Source: Thermoproteota archaeon (GTDB lineage Archaea; Korarchaeota; Korarchaeia; Korarchaeales; Korarchaeaceae). From it: a stretch of DNA of 10,144 nucleotides. Within the stretch, counting starts at the first letter, position 1. Every line of letters starts with the position of its first letter. This document shows, one piece after another, positions 7,629 to 10,144 of this stretch. A program made the position numbers and the translations under genes. A model generated the notes under the pieces. It was not told the origin of the DNA and made no database searches. It worked only from the letters and a program-made list of their open reading frames with translations. The stretch is taken from positions 1 to 10,144 of the forward strand of contig JAOZFG010000019.1 of assembly GCA_027491435.1 (NCBI GenBank). The letters run 5' to 3'.

Positions 7629-8590
7629 GGGCTAGGGCCGTAGTGAGGTCCATAACTCCACTCCTAATAGGAGGGTGGTGCGGTAAGGCCAGGTGTGACG
7701 GCTCAGATGAGGGGCTTAGGCCCTCTTCCGTGAGAGGCGTCGCCAGGGAGTTCTTCAGGAACGTGGCGTATCGCATGATCCCTGAGAGAAAATGGGAACA
7801 GGTCTACAGGTTGGAATCAAGGCTCTTCGGGAGCACCGAGCAGGCATCCCCTTTCATCGTGAGGATCAGGCCTAATGGGATTGTGTACGATGTAAGGCCC
7901 TGGTGTACAGCCGCTGGTAGGGTATATAAGGGCAACAACAGGATATCTAGGATGTTCTACCCGTTAAGACAAATGGACAACGTTAGCTGCTACAGGGATT
8001 TCACTATAGACGTGCTTCCAAGAAGGTCCATCCTCAACAGGTTGTCCAGCAGGGAAGAAGATCAAGAGAGCCTCCTTAGAACGTTCGTCCTCTCTATAAC
8101 TACTTCCCTAGCCATCTTAGGAGTAGGAAAGAGGAGAAGCAGGGGGATGGGGAAGCTCCTACCGATAGAGGTTGAGGTTAACGGAGAAAACTTGTTGAAG
8201 GATGCTGTTGACCTTCAGAAGGCGTTGTGGTGTCGTAAATCAGATGAAGATGGCTGGGCACCCTTTAAGAATTCAGTGAAGTCTCTGGGAGGTGCGGAGC
8301 CAGATCACCCTAGAGGATTGTGCGTGGATTACGTCAAGTCCTTAGAGCTATGTCCCCTAAATAACTTTCTCACCGAAATCAGGAGAGTTGTTAAGGCGTG
8401 TCGAGATAAGGTCTTCGTGACAGTATCCGTTGAGGATTACCTGTTAAGGAACGATTATCAAGTGCCCTGCACGAACCTAACAAGAAAGAGTTATCTTATC
8501 GGAAGGCTACAGGGGTTCTACCTATTCGTTAAGGACAGAAAAGTCATGGAGAGGGATAGAGCAGTAAAGAAAGTCGTAAAGACTACCTAG
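7625..8590 (+). CDS. cmr1: Type III-B CRISPR RAMP protein Cmr1
   Basis: ITPLLIGG, LRPSSVRGVAREFFR, ESRLFGST...SPFIVRI, LGVGKRRSRGMG. ATGA overlap with cas10; C-terminal half divergent. Confidence 0.88.
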   Translation: MRARAVVRSITPLLIGGWCGKARCDGSDEGLRPSSVRGVAREFFRNVAYRMIPERKWEQVYRLESRLFGSTEQASPFIVRIRPNGIVYDVRPWCTAAGRVYKGNNRISRMFYPLRQMDNVSCYRDFTIDVLPRRSILNRLSSREEDQESLLRTFVLSITTSLAILGVGKRRSRGMGKLLPIEVEVNGENLLKDAVDLQKALWCRKSDEDGWAPFKNSVKSLGGAEPDHPRGLCVDYVKSLELCPLNNFLTEIRRVVKACRDKVFVTVSVEDYLLRNDYQVPCTNLTRKSYLIGRLQGFYLFVKDRKVMERDRAVKKVVKTT

Positions 8591-9341
8591 AGTGCAAGGA
8601 GAGGTAAGAGAAAGACATCTAAGGGGGGCCCTAGGAAACTTCGGTAATTCTGGGCTCAAAGGCACTAATGCTTTTAGCCAGCGTGACGATCGGCTGCTCC
8701 CTAGGCGACTTCAACCGATGTGAAAGTAGGGTGGTGCTGTAACCTTAAGGTCCCCCGGCTTTGACCACAGCAAGAGTTTTCAGTTATAGGCCGATAGCAG
8801 CGTTATGGCTCCCTATTATACGTGAAAACGAAGTTCAGGACGTGAACCCCAAGCCCTCCCAACCGTAAGGTGGAGCTCGCTGAACAGAATAGAACGCCTG
8901 TCCTGGCCTCTAGACTATGGCCCCAAATCCACGATCAGCCTGTAGGGTACACTCTCTTACGCGTGAATACCTGAGCACTTCCCAGGGAAGGCTAGCAACC
9001 CACCTCCGTCGCTTCTCGCCACATCAGCGTGAGTATGGAGCCGCCCGATAAACCTCATAGCGGGTCCAGCCGTCTCGTACTCAGAGCTGCCACTTTAGAC
9101 GAGCTGGCTCAAACCGTATCTTTATTAACCTCACGGCCCCTCTAAAGTGTGAGGTCAAACTGGTTGGCACGCCGTTGAGTTGGACGCTGAGAGTAAGGGA
9201 GCTAGAAGGTCCCTTCAACCTTCCTATAGGGCTCTAGCATACCACATCTCTCCCTGGGAAGGCCGCCAGGGTGTTAGCCGGTACAGGGAAGTTTCCTCAG
9301 GGGGTCACCTAAGATAGGGCAGTGGGATATACCTGGCCCCC

Positions 9342-9697
9342 TTTGAAGAGAGATCAATTTCGAAGATGCTGCTTGAAGGCAAGGTTGGGGAAGGGTCTAC
9401 TACGACTCCCCGGTATGAAATACCTCTTCAGTGAAGATGCAATGGAATTCCAGCGAGCTAGTTGCGATGGTCTGGCTGCTCTTAGAGGAGGTAAACCTTC
9501 TGGAGCATCAGGGGATCTGTTAGACCAGCTATAGTTGCCAGAAACTAGAGTGTCGTACCACAGGAAGATTTGAAGTACCCTGAGGAGGTATTGTTAAGGG
9601 TTAACTTTACCTAGATGAGGGGATTGAGAAGGATTATCGGATGTGTAGGGCTTTTTTGGAAAACGGGCGACGTTCCTTTTTGAAGAGAAATCAATTT
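9342..9697. repeat. Two copies of 19-bp motif TTTGAAGAGA(G/A)ATCAATTT
   Basis: 9342-9360 and 9679-9697, 18/19 identical. Each contains a TTGA-N7-TCAA dyad. Confidence 0.75.
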
Positions 9698-9853
9698 AAG
9701 AGGTGATTAGGGCGGTGAGGGTTCCCATAATAGTTTAGGTTCAAACTAAGGGGCCCCCATAAGTTACTAGGGAGCGTCCTTCGACTAGAGCTGTCGTGAG
9801 GCAGGAGGGGCTCTGTATACTCAAAGTTAAATAATGTGCTTAACATCAATTTT

Positions 9854-9868
9854 CCATTTTATAAATGG
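9854..9868. promoter_or_regulatory. Palindromic TATA-like element CCATTT-TAT-AAATGG in an AT-rich island
   Basis: A 6-bp inverted repeat overlaps TTTATAAA (9858-9865) inside AT-rich ~9815-9900. No clear associated gene in the window. Confidence 0.35.
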
Positions 9869-10144
9869 CAGATAAAGAACATAATTCAACCTCATAAAAC
9901 TGGTGCTGTCAACTTAAAGCCACCTCCACGCTTTAACGCCAGCGTGAGCATTTTCTACATTCTGGGCCTGACACAAGGTACTGGCTCCCCCTGAGGGTCA
10001 TGTGGCTGACGAAGTTTAAGACATGAACCGAAGCCTTCCTAGCCGTTAGCAGGTAACGCTTGCTGTGAATAGACGTCGAATCCCCTAAGCCTCTTTATGG
10101 TCTCTATGATCTTAACGTAGCTCCTCTCGCCACCGCTCATCATG

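Noticed and set aside
1130-7776. Short minus-strand ORFs within the cmr genes (1130-1444, 1925-2110, 2607-2843, 2639-2860, 5399-5635, 6203-6385, 7130-7342, 7483-7776)
   Set aside because: Shadow ORFs fully overlapping well-supported cas genes, with no recognisable motifs.
8910-9023. Minus-strand peptide VASLPWEVL resembling the CHAT-domain LPWE motif
   Set aside because: It lies in a stop-bounded frame of under 40 codons with no other CHAT features, and coincides with the DNA near-palindrome CTTCCCAGGGAAG; likely chance.
9128-9155. Hairpin ACCTCAC-N14-GTGAGGT as a terminator
   Set aside because: Only a 7-bp stem with a long loop and no 3' U-tract, more than 500 nt from the cmr1 stop.
8978-9263. 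TCCCWGGGAAGGC motif at 8980-8992 and 9251-9263
   Set aside because: A 12/13 match of a short near-palindrome; too short to separate from chance without genome-wide data.
9322-9534. 70-aa + strand ORF with GTG start
   Set aside because: Short, no convincing SD, no motif, and located in a decayed-looking region; not supportable as a gene.
8650-10144. A canonical CRISPR array downstream of the operon
   Set aside because: No regularly spaced 25-40-bp repeats; the repeats present are degenerate and irregularly spaced.

Overview
The window holds a complete, tightly coupled type III-B (Cmr) CRISPR-Cas interference operon on the + strand: cmr3-cmr4-cmr5-cmr6-cas10(cmr2)-cmr1 (978-8590). It is led by a co-oriented, AT-rich ~200-aa gene I cannot assign. 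GGGGTGA/GGAGGTG ribosome-binding sites, TATA-like boxes, AGG/ATA-rich codons and Cys-rich proteins point to a probably thermophilic archaeal host (inference). No CRISPR array, cas1/cas2, cas6 or recognisable cOA effector (Csx1/Csm6/CARF etc.) is in the window. Main points of interest: (i) Cas10 keeps its HD-nuclease motifs but has a reworked cyclase/Palm site (GGDE for GGDD, plus other changes); (ii) an orphan gene heads the operon; (iii) cas10 contains an in-frame 39-bp repeat / 33-bp unique / 39-bp repeat unit with CRISPR-like geometry; (iv) decayed inverted homology lies at both ends of the locus, and the 1.5-kb ORF-poor tail contains dispersed degenerate repeats. All family calls rest on motif recognition by eye; no searches were run.
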